Source: Pirellulales bacterium | GTDB taxonomy: Bacteria > Planctomycetota > Planctomycetia > Pirellulales > JAICIG01 | NCBI GenBank assembly: GCA_040901675.1 | Contig: JBBDYJ010000038.1 | Location: 192,001-256,000, forward strand | Length of the DNA stretch: 64,000 bases | Reading direction: 5' to 3' | Shown here: in pieces, positions 21,376-32,537 of the stretch | How the letters are laid out: every line of letters begins with the position of its first letter | Numbering within the stretch: position 1 is the first letter of the stretch | Position numbers and translations under genes: made by a program | Notes under the pieces: model-generated | What the model was told of the DNA's origin: nothing | The model's input: only the letters and a program-made list of their open reading frames with translations | The model's database searches: none

Positions 21376-23595
21376 ATGGAAGGTACGAATAGCGCGGCGA
21401 GGCGGCTGGAGTTGTGGGGCGGCATCGAATGCACGCGCAACCGAGTCGGCGACGCCTACTTTGACCAGCTGGCCTGGAGCGGCCACGACCGGCGGCCTGA
21501 CGACCTGGACTGCATAGCGGCGATGGGCATCCGAACGCTCCGCTACCCCATCCTCTGGGAGTGCGCGGCACCGGATGACCCGCAGACGGTCGATTGGTCG
21601 TGGGCCGACGAACGCCTCGGCCGCTTGCGCTCCCTCGGCGTCTTCCCCATCGTCGGTTTAGTCCACCACGGTAGCGGACCTTCTTACACCGACCTACTAG
21701 ATTCTGCCTTCGCCCCGGCGCTGGCCGCCTTTGCCGGCCGGCTGGCGGAGCGCTTTCCCTGGGTGGAGGCCTATACGCCGGTAAATGAGCCGCTCACTAC
21801 GGCTCGCTTCAGCGCGCTCTATGGCCACTGGTATCCTCACCACCGAGACGCGCTCGCTTTCGCACGCGCGCTGCTCAACCAGTGCCGGGCCGTGGTGCTG
21901 GCGATGCGCGCGGTGCGCGAGGTCCGTCCCGATGCTCGACTCGTGCAGACCGAGGACTTGGGCAAGACCTACAGCACGCCAGCGCTCGCCTACCAAGCCG
22001 ACTTCGAGAATGAGCGCCGCTGGCTGACCTATGACCTGCTGTGCGGCCGCGTGGACCGGCACCACCCGCTGGGGCATTTCTTGCTCTGGCTCGGTGTCCT
22101 GGAGTTGGAGCTGCTCTGGTTCTGCCACAACCCCTGCCCGCCAGATGTTATCGGCATCAACCATTACCTTACCAGCGAGCGCTTTCTGGATGAGCGGGTC
22201 GATCGTTACGCGCCCGCCTGTCAAGGGGGAAATGGCCGGCACACGTATGCCGACATCGAGGCGGTGCGCGTGCGGGCCGAAGGCCTTGCGGGGCCAGAGA
22301 TACTTTTACGCGAGGCCTGGAAGCGCTACCGACTTCCCCTGGCGGTCACCGAGGCCCACCTCGGTTGCACGCGGGAGGAGCAGCTGCGCTGGCTTTGGGA
22401 GGTATGGCAGGGAGCCGCGGCCGCGCGGCGGGCCGGTGCCGATGTGCGCGCGGTCACGGTCTGGTCCCTGCTGGGGGCGTTCGACTGGGACAGCCTTATG
22501 ACGTTAGCGCGCGGCCGCTACGAGCCGGGCGCCTTTGATGTCCGCAGCTCACTCCGGCGGCCGACGGCACTGGCGGCTCTCGCCCGGGACCTGGCCCAAG
22601 GCCGACCGCCCGACCTCCCCGTGCTTGCCCAGCCCGGCTGGTGGCACCGCCCAGAGCGGATGCTTGGCGTCAGCGCGGCGCCGCTGCCCGAGTCGGCGGG
22701 GCCTTCCCTGGTAATCACTGGAGCGACTGGGACGCTCGGCCGCGCTTTCGCCCGCGTCTGCACCGCCCGCGGCCTTCTATTTCGGCTGCTGCGGCGGGCG
22801 GAGATGGACATCGCGAACCGCAAGCAGGTGGACGCGGTCTTCGACCGCTACAACCCCTGGGCGGTAATCAATGCAGCGGGCTATGTCCGGGTCGACGACG
22901 CGGAGCGGGAGCCGGGCCCCTGCTTCCGAGAGAATGTGCGCGGTGCTGCTGCCCTGGCCGCCGCCTGCGCCGGGGCCGGGATCCCGCTGGTCACGTTTTC
23001 CTCCGACCTCGTCTTCGATGGCCAGCAGGGCAGCCCCTACCGGGAACAAGATACGGTTGGCCCACTGGGTGTCTACGGCCGGACGAAGGCCGAGGCGGAG
23101 CGGCGGGTGCTAGCGCTACACCCCAGGGCCCTCGTCATCCGCACCAGCGCCTTTTTCGGCCCGTGGGACGAGTACAACTTCGTGACGGCCGGGTTGCGTA
23201 CCCTTCGGGCCGGGCTGCCATTCCCGGCCGCGGATGACACGATTGTCTCGCCGACTTACGTGCCGGACCTAGTCCACGCCTGCCTGGACCTTCTGATCGA
23301 CGCCGAGTCCGGCGTCTGGCACTTGGCCAACCAGGGGGAGACGACCTGGGCGGGGTTCGCCCGGCGCGCCGCCGCCCTAGCCGAGCTGGACCCGAAAGGC
23401 GTGCAGGGCCTACCGTCTGCGGCACTGGGCCTGGCTGCGCAGCGGCCGAAGTACGCGCCGCTGATTAGCGAGCGCGGCTTTCTTCTGCCGCCGCTAGAGG
23501 ATGCCCTTGGCCGCTATTTCCGGGACGGGCCGCTGAGCGCACCGGCCCCAACTCCGGACCCTGCCGAGCAGAGTGTTCTCGCATGCGCGCACTAA
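21376..23595 (+). CDS. GH1-like TIM barrel fused to an RmlD-like (dTDP-4-dehydrorhamnose reductase) domain
   Basis: TPVNEP and AVTEAH catalytic Glu motifs; [23 protein letters not shown]. Confidence 0.85.
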   Translation: MEGTNSAARRLELWGGIECTRNRVGDAYFDQLAWSGHDRRPDDLDCIAAMGIRTLRYPILWECAAPDDPQTVDWSWADERLGRLRSLGVFPIVGLVHHGSGPSYTDLLDSAFAPALAAFAGRLAERFPWVEAYTPVNEPLTTARFSALYGHWYPHHRDALAFARALLNQCRAVVLAMRAVREVRPDARLVQTEDLGKTYSTPALAYQADFENERRWLTYDLLCGRVDRHHPLGHFLLWLGVLELELLWFCHNPCPPDVIGINHYLTSERFLDERVDRYAPACQGGNGRHTYADIEAVRVRAEGLAGPEILLREAWKRYRLPLAVTEAHLGCTREEQLRWLWEVWQGAAAARRAGADVRAVTVWSLLGAFDWDSLMTLARGRYEPGAFDVRSSLRRPTALAALARDLAQGRPPDLPVLAQPGWWHRPERMLGVSAAPLPESAGPSLVITGATGTLGRAFARVCTARGLLFRLLRRAEMDIANRKQVDAVFDRYNPWAVINAAGYVRVDDAEREPGPCFRENVRGAAALAAACAGAGIPLVTFSSDLVFDGQQGSPYREQDTVGPLGVYGRTKAEAERRVLALHPRALVIRTSAFFGPWDEYNFVTAGLRTLRAGLPFPAADDTIVSPTYVPDLVHACLDLLIDAESGVWHLANQGETTWAGFARRAAALAELDPKGVQGLPSAALGLAAQRPKYAPLISERGFLLPPLEDALGRYFRDGPLSAPAPTPDPAEQSVLACAH

Positions 23596-23994
23596 GTTCA
23601 CTGGACCGGCTCGCGGAGACCGCGGAGGGAACGTTCTCCCGCCGGTTCGGCCGGCCACCGAGCTGGCTCGTCGTCGCGCCCGGGCGTATCAACCTGATCG
23701 GCGAACACACAGACTACAACGATGGCTTCGTGCTTCCGATGGCCATCGACCGCCATATAGCCATTGCTGCGGATCGGCGTCATCGGCTCGCGCATGACCG
23801 GTGGGGGCTTCGGCGGCAGCACCGTCAGCCTCGTGCGTCGCGATGCGGCCGAGGCAATCGCCCGAATCGTCACGGAACACTACCTCCGCCGCACCGGCCG
23901 CGCGGCAACGGCGTTCACCTCCCGGCCCGTCGATGGGGCTCGCGTGATGAAGGCACCCCATGGTGTGCCGCTTGCCGCGCTTCAGGAGAACTGA
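23583..23994 (+). pseudogene. galK: Galactokinase remnant, middle deleted
   Basis: [25 protein letters not shown] joined near 23770 to [16 protein letters not shown] in another frame. Confidence 0.88.
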
Positions 23995-24019
23995 TAAGCT
24001 TCATCGACCCACCCGACTG

Positions 24020-24375
<356 letters not shown>

Positions 24376-24407
24376 ATTCCCTGAGTGCTTTCCCTATCGG
24401 AGGCTTT

Positions 24408-25391
24408 ATGCGCATTGTAGTCACCGGCGGCGCGGGTTACATCGGCAGCCACGCGGCCCGCCTCTTTGCAAACCGGGGCCACCAAGTCTGGGTCTATGAC
24501 AACCTGAGCCGGGGCCACGCGCAAGCGGTCCAGGATGGACGGCTTATCGTCGGCGACCTCGCGGATGGCCTCGCCCTCGAAGACGTGCTGCGGCGGGAGA
24601 GGATCGACGCTGTGGTGCACTTCGCCCCCTGACATACGTTGGTGAGTCGGTGCGTGAGCCGGCCCTGTACTACCGCAATAATGTCGGCGGCACCCTGAGC
24701 CTTCTCGACGCCATGCGTCAGGGCGGGGTGGGCCGACTCGTCTTTTCCAGCACGGCGGCGGTTTACGGCGTGCCGCGCCGCGTGCCCATCACGGAGGATG
24801 ACCCGCTAGCGCCGATAAACCCCTATGGCCGGTCCAAACTGGCGATGGAGTGGGCGTTGGCCCCGATCACGCCGCGGCCTACGGGCTCGGCTTCATCGCG
24901 CTGCGCTACTTCAACGCGGCCGGCGCCAGCCTGGACGGGGCCCTCGGGGAGGACCACCACCCCGAGACTCACCTGATCCCGATCGTACTCCAGGCGGCGC
25001 TGGGGATTCGCGCGGAGGTGGAGGTCTTCGGCACTGATTACCCAACCCCAGACGGCACCTGCGCCCGGGACTACATCCATGTGGACGACCTTGCCGAAGC
25101 CCACCTGCTGGCGCTGGAAAGGTTAGAGCCGGGACAGGGGAGGGCCTACAACCTGGGGATTGGCACGGGCTACAGCGTGCGGGAGGTACTCGCGGCGTGT
25201 GAGGAGGTTACCGGTCGGCGTATTCCGGTGCAGTTCGGGCCGCGCCGTTCGGGGGACCCTCCCGCGTTGGTGGCGTCTGCCGAGGGGCGAGGCGCGAGCT
25301 GGGCTGGCAGCCCCGGCATCCCGACTTGCGAGAGGTCGTGGAAACGGCGTGGCGTTGGCACCGGGTCCACCCGCGGGGCTACGACGGCTGA
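24408..25391 (+). pseudogene. galE: UDP-glucose 4-epimerase, frameshifted
   Basis: [46 protein letters not shown] spread over several frames. Confidence 0.9.
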
Positions 25392-25945
25392 GGCGGACGC
25401 CGCAGTCAATGGCCGCAGACTTCGCGCACGCGGGAAAGGACGGTTTGGCCACTGGGAGGATTCTGAGCTACCGCGTTGGCCTCTCAGCGAGCAGGGGGGC
25501 GCCGACCCAGTGATTAAGGCTCCTGATGGCGCCCCGGATGTGCTTACGGGACGCGGGGACTCCTAGGTCCGCAACAGGCACTTGGCACATGTTTTGCTAC
25601 GTTGGGACTGTCTGTCATCTGCCAGCAGGTTCCCACCTCGGAGACTTTGATGAGCGTTCAAGCTATCCCGTATTCGCCAAAGGCTAGTCCATCGGTGCTA
25701 GTGGAGAAGCCGCAATACTTCCTGCCAAAGGCACCTCCTCGAGACCTCGAACAGGTACCGGCTGCGGACCCGGATGGATTGGAAGCCGAGGACTTTCGCG
25801 CACGCTGGTGGCCGGGGGCGGACATTAGTGAGGAGTGACTCGGCAGCGTGAGGGTCAAGCTGACCATTATGGCGGCAGCCTCGGTGCGCCCGCCGCTGGT
25901 GTCACGCCGGGGGCGCAGGCCCGGCCAGGGCGGAGAGGCTTTGGC

Positions 25946-27133
25946 ATGCACGGGTTCATGTTCGCGACCGGCATCGAGAACAGCTACCCCACGATCGCTG
26001 GCCGCGTCCGCATCGATCAGATGGAGAAGTGCGGCCACTACCAGCACTGGCGGGAGGATCTCCACCTCGTCCGCGAACTTGGCATCCACTACCTTCGTTG
26101 GGGACCTGCTCTCCATCGCACGTTCCTCGGCCCGAACTCTTATGATTGGGCGTGGTTCGACGATGTCATAGACGAGATGAATGGAATGGACATCCAGCCC
26201 ATTCTCGACCTCTGCCACTTCGGCGTCCCCGACTGGCTGGGCAACTTCCAGAATGAGGACTTCCCCCACTACTTCGCCGAGTACGCCGGCGCCTGCGCCC
26301 GCCGTTACCCCGGTGTCAAATACTGGACCCCGGTCAACGAGATCCTGATCACCACCCTCTTCTCGGCCAAATACGGCTGGTGGAACGAGATGCTTACCGC
26401 GGACGTGGCCTATGTCCGCGCCACGGTCAATCTCTGCAGGGCGAATCTGCTAGCCATGCAGGCAATTCTCCGACACGTCCCCGACGCGATCTTCATCCAG
26501 AGCGAGTCGAGCGAATACACTCACCCTTCCCGGCCAGACCTCGTCAAGGCCGCTTGGTTCTACAACGAACGCCGATTCCTGCCGCTCGACTTGACCTACG
26601 GCCACCAGGTCAGCGCCGCCATCTACCGCTACCTCACCACCCACGGCATGAGTGAAGCGGACTACGACTTCTTCATGAACCAGAACTACCGGTTCCGCTG
26701 CATTATGGGGACCGACTACTACGTCACCAACGAGCACCTGCTCAAGCCGGACGGCACGACGGTATCCTCGGGCGAGTTCTTCGGTTACTACGTGCTGGCC
26801 CGGCAGTACTACAGCCGCTATGGGCTACCCCTGATGCACACCGAGACGAACATCCGCGAGGAGCAGGGGGCCACGCAATGGCTATGGAAGGAATGGAATA
26901 CACTCTTGCGACTGCGCCAGGATGGCGTGCCTATTGTCGGCTTCACGTGGTACAGCTTGACCGACCAGATTGATTGGGACATCGCGCTGCGCGAGGAGCG
27001 GAATCAACCCCACCCGGTGGGCTTATACGGGCTCGACCGCAAGCCGCGTCGCGTAGGCAAGGAATATCGTCGGCTTATCGACGAGTGGCGCGAGTTCCTA
27101 CCGACGGGATCGTCCGCCTTGATGCTCGTTTGA
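25946..27133 (+). CDS. GH1-like glycoside hydrolase
   Basis: FMFATGIENSYP, LDLCHFGVPDW, WTPVNEI, LMHTETN, GFTWYSLTDQIDW. Confidence 0.85.
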   Translation: MHGFMFATGIENSYPTIAGRVRIDQMEKCGHYQHWREDLHLVRELGIHYLRWGPALHRTFLGPNSYDWAWFDDVIDEMNGMDIQPILDLCHFGVPDWLGNFQNEDFPHYFAEYAGACARRYPGVKYWTPVNEILITTLFSAKYGWWNEMLTADVAYVRATVNLCRANLLAMQAILRHVPDAIFIQSESSEYTHPSRPDLVKAAWFYNERRFLPLDLTYGHQVSAAIYRYLTTHGMSEADYDFFMNQNYRFRCIMGTDYYVTNEHLLKPDGTTVSSGEFFGYYVLARQYYSRYGLPLMHTETNIREEQGATQWLWKEWNTLLRLRQDGVPIVGFTWYSLTDQIDWDIALREERNQPHPVGLYGLDRKPRRVGKEYRRLIDEWREFLPTGSSALMLV

Positions 27134-27158
27134 GATAGGCATTCCCAGCAGCCGATAT

Positions 27159-27310
27159 ATGGTCCGCATCCGGCGGCTGACGCCTTGGCTCACGCGGCGG
27201 GGCATCCGCTTCAAGGCCAACTCGCCCGGCGCCCGGCTGCTGGTCGAGCAGCTGCGGGACTTCCCGAATGCCGACCACGACGACGGCCCCGACGCCCTGG
27301 ATCACGCCTC
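27159..27310 (+). pseudogene. C-terminal fragment resembling a phage terminase large subunit
   Basis: LLVEQLRDFPNADHDDGPDAL matches the FP..HDD..DA nuclease-end motif. Confidence 0.55.
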
Positions 27311-27349
27311 GCATGAATTGTTTCCGCCGGGCATCCTCTTGCGCTATGT

Positions 27350-27590
27350 AAAGGACGCTCCTGGGCGGCCAGTCGCTCGACCCGCTCGGTCGCCTGGCCG
27401 CGCGCCTGGCGGACCGTTTCGGCGACGAGCTGCGGGTCCCGGCCGATGCACTTGATCTGGTCGACGACAAACCGCTCGATCTCGCCAGCCGGGATCGACT
27501 GCGACGGGCAGGATTGCCGGCCCCTTTTCTGGGCGGCCGTGCAGACGTAGTACCGGTAGCGCTTGGTCGCGTCCCGCGTGGCGTGCGTGG
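27350..27590 (-). pseudogene. Large serine recombinase C-terminal fragment (Zn-ribbon/coiled coil)
   Basis: KRYRYYVCTAAQKRGRQSCPSQSIPAGEIERFVVDQI. Confidence 0.7.
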
Positions 27591-28004
27591 CCACGGCGCT
27601 GAGCGACTTGTAGACCTCGCCTTCGTACTCGAAGCCCGCGGGCAGCACGGTCACCTCGAGCGTCTCACCCTTGTAGACGCGGGTGATCGTTGAGCCGGGC
27701 GGCGGGACCCGCCCGTCGCCGCTCGCCGGCAACCTTGTCGTCCTGGTCCGCATGGACGCCTGGGGCGTCTGGGGCGGCGACTTGGGTGGACTGCGCCGAA
27801 GGTCGGCATCGTTGGCCAGCTCCGCGGCCCGCCGACGGGCACGCTCGGAGAGGTCGCCCTCGGCCAGGGCCTGTAACCGCCAGATGATCCGCTTGACCAG
27901 CCAGTCCTTGTGCCGGGGTTGGTCGTCTCGCCGAACGCCTCTGCGTAGCGGCCTCGCAGCTCGCCGACCGTCATGCGGCGTAGCGCGGCCAGTTCCTTCG
28001 ACAC
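27591..28004 (-). pseudogene. DUF2924-family protein, frameshifted and truncated
   Basis: LAALRRMTVGELRGRYAEAFGE / LVKRIIWRLQALAEGDLS..PPPGSTITRVYKG..GFEYEGEVYKSLSAVA. Confidence 0.75.
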
Positions 28005-28441
28005 GGAGAACCTCTATGGCGGCCTCAGGCATCGATGACGTGCTCTTTCCCGAATCGAACGTCGATTCGGTCGCGGCAAATCTGTGGGCTCGAACAATCG
28101 ACCTGGACGGTAATGGGCTCCTGGATGCGTTGCGCGTGTTGTTGGCTCGGGCCGAAGAGATCAAAGCTGCGCATTCACGCGCTGCGACCTTCGCGCAAGA
28201 TGTCATAGCGGGCCGGCACATTCCTGAGTAGGAGGAATTCGACGGTGAACTTCTCGAGGCGTGGTATGAAACGACGTGCCTCAAGTGGTTTCTCGCCCGC
28301 GCGTTGAAAGCGCTTTCCGAGGGCGTAGAGTACGACGTCCACCAAAAGCAAAACACCATGCGTCGGATTCGCAGTATCGTCTACGGCGACGAAGGCGAAG
28401 TCGAGAGCTATGCGCTCGAGGAGAAGTAGGAGCGTCAGCCG

Positions 28442-28858
28442 ATGTCCGCTTGGTCGTTTGAAGTTAAGGATGGCCGCCTGGCAACGTTGCCGGTTGCTCT
28501 GGTTGCCGTGATTGAAGAGGATCGGCGACTCAACGCCGAGTTTTGCCTTGTCGCCGAAGCAGGAGCGTTGTTGAACGAGCCGGACGAGCGGCTGATGGAG
28601 TGCATTCTGAAACGGGACAGCCCGACAGAGGTCATCGCTCGGTTGGGGCATGTCTGCGCGTGGCTTTTTGATCACCTGGAAATCGAGCTCGGTCAGCATT
28701 TTCGATGGAATTACTTGAAGCTTTCGTTCGTCAATTTGAAGCCGCTCCAGTCGGACGACGGTTCAAGGTCCGGCAGGATGACCACGAATCATCCTGATCT
28801 GCCTACTCCGTCTGAACAGCCTGCAGCTTCAGAAATCCCTCAATTTGGAGCGTGCTGA
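28442..28858 (+). CDS. Hypothetical protein
   Basis: AGGAG upstream of ATG; protein-like composition; no family recognised. Confidence 0.4.
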   Translation: MSAWSFEVKDGRLATLPVALVAVIEEDRRLNAEFCLVAEAGALLNEPDERLMECILKRDSPTEVIARLGHVCAWLFDHLEIELGQHFRWNYLKLSFVNLKPLQSDDGSRSGRMTTNHPDLPTPSEQPAASEIPQFGAC

Positions 28859-29344
28859 CAGGTGAGGGCAGCCTGCCCGGCGATGGGCGGCTTAAGGCAA
28901 TGCCGATGGGCCCCAATCGGCCTGGTAGATCGACTCGGCGAATCCGGTGACGGTCTGGCATGGGGAAGTTCGGGCGTTTGCGGGCGAAGCCTGGGAAGAC
29001 GTCCGTGCCGAGGCCGTGAAACGGAAGGCTGCGGGCGGCTAGCCCGCTCCGACGCCAGCCAGTCAGCCCGCCCATCTTGTCCCCGCTTATCGGACCAAAG
29101 ATTGGCTCCCCGGTGCGATTGGTTTAGGGCGGAAATTGATTCCGCAACGTGGGGGCATGGTGCCGCCCGGGTGGGCAGGGCCGTCCCCAGCGAAGACAAC
29201 TGAACTAGCCCGCAGAAGGTTTTTTGGTCATAACCTCCGGCCCAGTTGTCGATTGCAGTCCTGGTGCCGACGACATTGTTGACTGCCGAAAGGCCGCTGT
29301 TAGACTTGAATCTGCCAGTTACTAGCCCGCCTGGATGCCCCTCT

Positions 29345-29749
29345 ATGGAACTCGACTTTGCCATGCTTGCCAGCAACGCGGAGTTGGCGGCGAGCGGTAA
29401 TTTGCATATTTTCGGCGGAGGATTCAATCGCATCCAAGTTCCAACCGTTCCGGCAACCCCAGTGCCATTCAAGTTGGTGGCACGTGCGTTCATTCCCCCC
29501 GAGGATGTCAGCCAGGAGCATTGGCTCTCGCTTGAGTTAACCAATCCCAGCGGAGAGCGGTCGATCATCACAGAGAGGTCCCCACTGGCGTTTACGCCGG
29601 CCGCTGAAGAATCCCGGCTAAACGCAGTCCTTCTTCTTACCCTAGTCATCGCATTCAAGTCCTACGGCCTTTATCAATTCCACCTTGGAATCGACGGACA
29701 GCAACTCAAGACAATTCCGGTGACAATCACCGCGTCCAAACCAGAGTAA
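29345..29749 (+). CDS. DUF6941-like beta-rich protein
   Basis: MELDFAMLASNA..GNLHIFGGGFNRI..F..YGLYQFHLGIDGQQL. Confidence 0.65.
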   Translation: MELDFAMLASNAELAASGNLHIFGGGFNRIQVPTVPATPVPFKLVARAFIPPEDVSQEHWLSLELTNPSGERSIITERSPLAFTPAAEESRLNAVLLLTLVIAFKSYGLYQFHLGIDGQQLKTIPVTITASKPE

Positions 29750-29754
29750 GCGAC

Positions 29755-29985
29755 ATGCCCAGTTTCTACAGCACGGCCGCCGTGGCCGAACTCACGGTCG
29801 TAAGCGGTCGGGACCAGGTCACGGCGGAACTGTACAGCGAGCAGTATCCGATCTTCCTGACGTTGGGTGACGCGGAATACGAGGACGAGGACGACTGGGA
29901 TCAACTCAACCGCGAAGCCCTTTCTGGCGAGGAAATCGACGCGATTGCGGATTATTTGCGGTCCACAGGCCAAGCATCCGCATGA
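29755..29985 (+). CDS. Small acidic protein, candidate antitoxin
   Basis: 76 aa, D/E-rich, tightly packed upstream of the MazF-like gene. Confidence 0.5.
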   Translation: MPSFYSTAAVAELTVVSGRDQVTAELYSEQYPIFLTLGDAEYEDEDDWDQLNREALSGEEIDAIADYLRSTGQASA

Positions 29986-29991
29986 CGCTCA

Positions 29992-30378
29992 GTGTCTACC
30001 TCCGGCCATATTCTCCTCGGCACCATCGTCTGGGCGGAAGTTAGGGAGCCCAACGGCACTCCGGTTGGCCCGCATCCAGCAATGGTGCTCAACCGTCAAG
30101 AGGAGATCGACGCATTCCGGGATTTGCGGGTGGCGGTGTGTTCTACAGCCTTTGGCTACGCGCTCCCAGCCGGATGGTTCGAGATTCCGAGTCAACCTGG
30201 TGGCCATCCACTGACTGGCTTGCACGAGGCCTGTGTTGTGAAGGCAACGTGGCTCCAAACCATTCCACAATCAGGTGTGATCCGGATCTCTGGCCGAGCA
30301 CCTCGTAGAGTTTTCAAGCAGGTGCTCAACTGGCTTAAAGACGTAAATCCCCCGCGAACCAGACCGCCAGCCATGTAG
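29992..30378 (+). CDS. PemK/MazF-like toxin
   Basis: GTIVWA..PNG..GPHPAMVL..VAVCST..HPLTGL..CVVKATWLQTI..ISGRAP. Confidence 0.7.
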   Translation: MSTSGHILLGTIVWAEVREPNGTPVGPHPAMVLNRQEEIDAFRDLRVAVCSTAFGYALPAGWFEIPSQPGGHPLTGLHEACVVKATWLQTIPQSGVIRISGRAPRRVFKQVLNWLKDVNPPRTRPPAM

Positions 30379-30752
30379 CGCAATCTGTAAGCCAATTAGA
30401 CCATACAACCCCAGAATCCGTGGCTGCGGATTTTCGCCGCTGGCACTAGGCTGGTCCCGATAGATGATTCAAGTTTTGACGCTGCAGGTCCTGGTTCTGG
30501 ATGAACGGCAGTCGTACGTCGAGCAGGACCAGAGCGGTGCACTTCCAGGCTTTCCACTGGATGAAGCTCAACGCCTGTTGGCCGCCAGGCAATCGGCCGA
30601 CGAAACCAGGCTCGTGCGGCAGTTCCGATCGGCCATCCGGCCCGATCCGCCCGAAGCGCGACCTTGACGGTCCCACAAGCCTCAACGGCTGTAGCGGTCG
30701 CCCGGGGCAAGACGACAAGGCGACAAGGGACAAGGGGACAAGGAGAACGGGA

Positions 30753-30797
30753 ACGGACGAAGACTGGGGCACGCTTATCGCTTTGCCCCAGCCACCC
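30753..30797 (-). repeat. GTGG-type REP-like dispersed repeat, copy 1
   Basis: ACGGACGAAGACTGGGGCACGCTTATCGCTTTGCCCCAGCCACCC; copies at 45621-45666 and inverted at 37745-37788. Confidence 0.8.
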
Positions 30798-30954
30798 AGG
30801 TCGCTGGAAGTTGTTCTTTGGTCATTCCCGGAGGCTTTTTTCCGGCGCCCGGGGCATCTAAGATGGTGCCTTGTTCCGCGGCAAAAGCCAAAACCTTCGG
30901 CGTGAAGGCGGGCGAACTCGTTTCTTATTCATTGCGGCTGTCCAGGAGCCTCTG

Positions 30955-32523
30955 ATGGGATCTGCGCGTACCCGGTTGTCGGTGATGATGTTCCTGCAGT
31001 ACTTCGTCTGGGGCTCCTGGGGCGTCTCGGCCGGCGGGTACATGAACGACACGCTGCGGTTCGCCCCAGGCCAGATCGGCTGGATCTACGCGACCACCGC
31101 CGTGGGGGCCATGATCTCCCCCTTGTTCGTCGGCTACTTTGCCGACCGATTCTTCGCCACGGAAAAGATCCTGGCCGCCTTGCACCTGCTGGGCGGCCTG
31201 CTGTTGTGCCTCGCCGCCGAGCAAACCAGCTTCGCACCGCTGATGGGCATCATGGTCGCCTACGCCGTCTGTTACATGCCCACCTTGGCCCTGACCAATT
31301 CCATCTCGTTCCACAACATCGGCAACCCGGACAAGGAGTTCCCCCGGATCCGGGTCTGGGGGACATTGGGGTGGATCGTGGCCGGCCTGGTGGTCGGCAT
31401 CCTGCTGGGCGGCACGCAAAAGTGGTTCTTCTACATGGCAGGCGGCTCGTCGCTGCTCTTGGGACTCTATTGCCTCACGCTGCCGCACACGCCGCCCCGC
31501 GGCACCGAGGCGGCCCAGGCCGACGTCATCGGAGTGGGGGCGATCGGCTTGTTGCGCGAGCCCTCGTTCGCCGTGTTCGTGTTCGCCTCGTTCCTGATCT
31601 GTATTCCGCTCGCCTTTTATTACGGCTTCGCCAACCAGTTCCTCACCGAGACCGACAGGCCGGCGCCCACGGCCTTGCAAACGCTGGGACAGATCTCCGA
31701 AGTCTTCTTCATGGCGGCGATGCCGTTCTTCATCCTGCGGCTGGGCGTCAAGTACATGCTCGTGGTCGGCATGCTGGCCTGGGTGGCCCGCTACTTCTGC
31801 TTCGCCACGTTGGACTTCAACCTGATTCTGCTGGGGCTGATCCTGCACGGCATCTGCTACGACTTTTTCTTTGTGGCCAGCCAAATCTATGTCGATAAGA
31901 AGGCGCCGCAGCACCTGCGGGCCAGCGCCCAGAGCTTCATCGCCTTCGTGACGCTCGGCGTGGGCATGTTCATCGGCACCAAAGTGGCGGGATACATCGT
32001 GGGCCTCTATCCGCCAGTCAGCGTGCCGGCCGTCGCGCGGGCCACCGCGGAACGAGACGAAGGCTCCGCCAAACAGGCGCCTCTGCCCGCCTGGGCCGGC
32101 GAGCAAGACACCAGCGCCTGGCGGTTTCTCGACCTCTCGACGCAAGTCCGGGCCTGGTGGTCTCCGCAGACCAGGCAGGTTCCGCCGCCCGACTTTGCCA
32201 AGCTGAACGACCGCGACGGAGACGGCAAGCTGACCCGCGACGAGATCCCGGAAAGGTGGGTCGAGCAGAAATCGGCTGAGCTATCCCCCGACGATCTGGT
32301 CTACTCCGGGGAAGATCTGAGGCGTGTCTTCCCGGAAATCGATCGCGACAACGACGGCGCCGTGACGCGCGCCGAATGGCGCCAGGCGCAGGCCCATGGC
32401 TGGCGGACCATCTGGCTCTGGCCGGCCGCCATGGCGGGCGCCGCCTGCCTGATCTTCGTCTTGGGATTCCACGATCCGATCGACGCTTTGCGCTCCAAAT
32501 CAGACGACCAACTCGAGCCGTAG
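30955..32523 (+). CDS. NupG/XapB-like MFS nucleoside:H+ symporter with an EF-hand insertion
   Basis: RLSVMMFLQYFVWGSW, ADRFFATEK, FPRIRVWGTLGWI, GQISEVFFM, LHGICYDFFFV; DRDGDGKLTRDE and DRDNDGAVTRAE before the last TM. Confidence 0.88.
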   Translation: MGSARTRLSVMMFLQYFVWGSWGVSAGGYMNDTLRFAPGQIGWIYATTAVGAMISPLFVGYFADRFFATEKILAALHLLGGLLLCLAAEQTSFAPLMGIMVAYAVCYMPTLALTNSISFHNIGNPDKEFPRIRVWGTLGWIVAGLVVGILLGGTQKWFFYMAGGSSLLLGLYCLTLPHTPPRGTEAAQADVIGVGAIGLLREPSFAVFVFASFLICIPLAFYYGFANQFLTETDRPAPTALQTLGQISEVFFMAAMPFFILRLGVKYMLVVGMLAWVARYFCFATLDFNLILLGLILHGICYDFFFVASQIYVDKKAPQHLRASAQSFIAFVTLGVGMFIGTKVAGYIVGLYPPVSVPAVARATAERDEGSAKQAPLPAWAGEQDTSAWRFLDLSTQVRAWWSPQTRQVPPPDFAKLNDRDGDGKLTRDEIPERWVEQKSAELSPDDLVYSGEDLRRVFPEIDRDNDGAVTRAEWRQAQAHGWRTIWLWPAAMAGAACLIFVLGFHDPIDALRSKSDDQLEP

Positions 32524-32537
32524 GTAAGGACCATCCC

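Noticed and set aside
24630..24632. TGA in galE as a second recoding site
   Set aside because: The frame shifts here and further frameshifts follow; not a Cys position
27211..28359. 382-aa ORF as a real fusion protein
   Set aside because: A chance read-through joining DUF2924 and recombinase fragments with non-coding flanks
30380..30720. attR copy of the tRNA-Ala 3' end
   Set aside because: No TTCAAGTCCCCTATCCTCCA-like sequence found by eye, so the island's right end stays approximate
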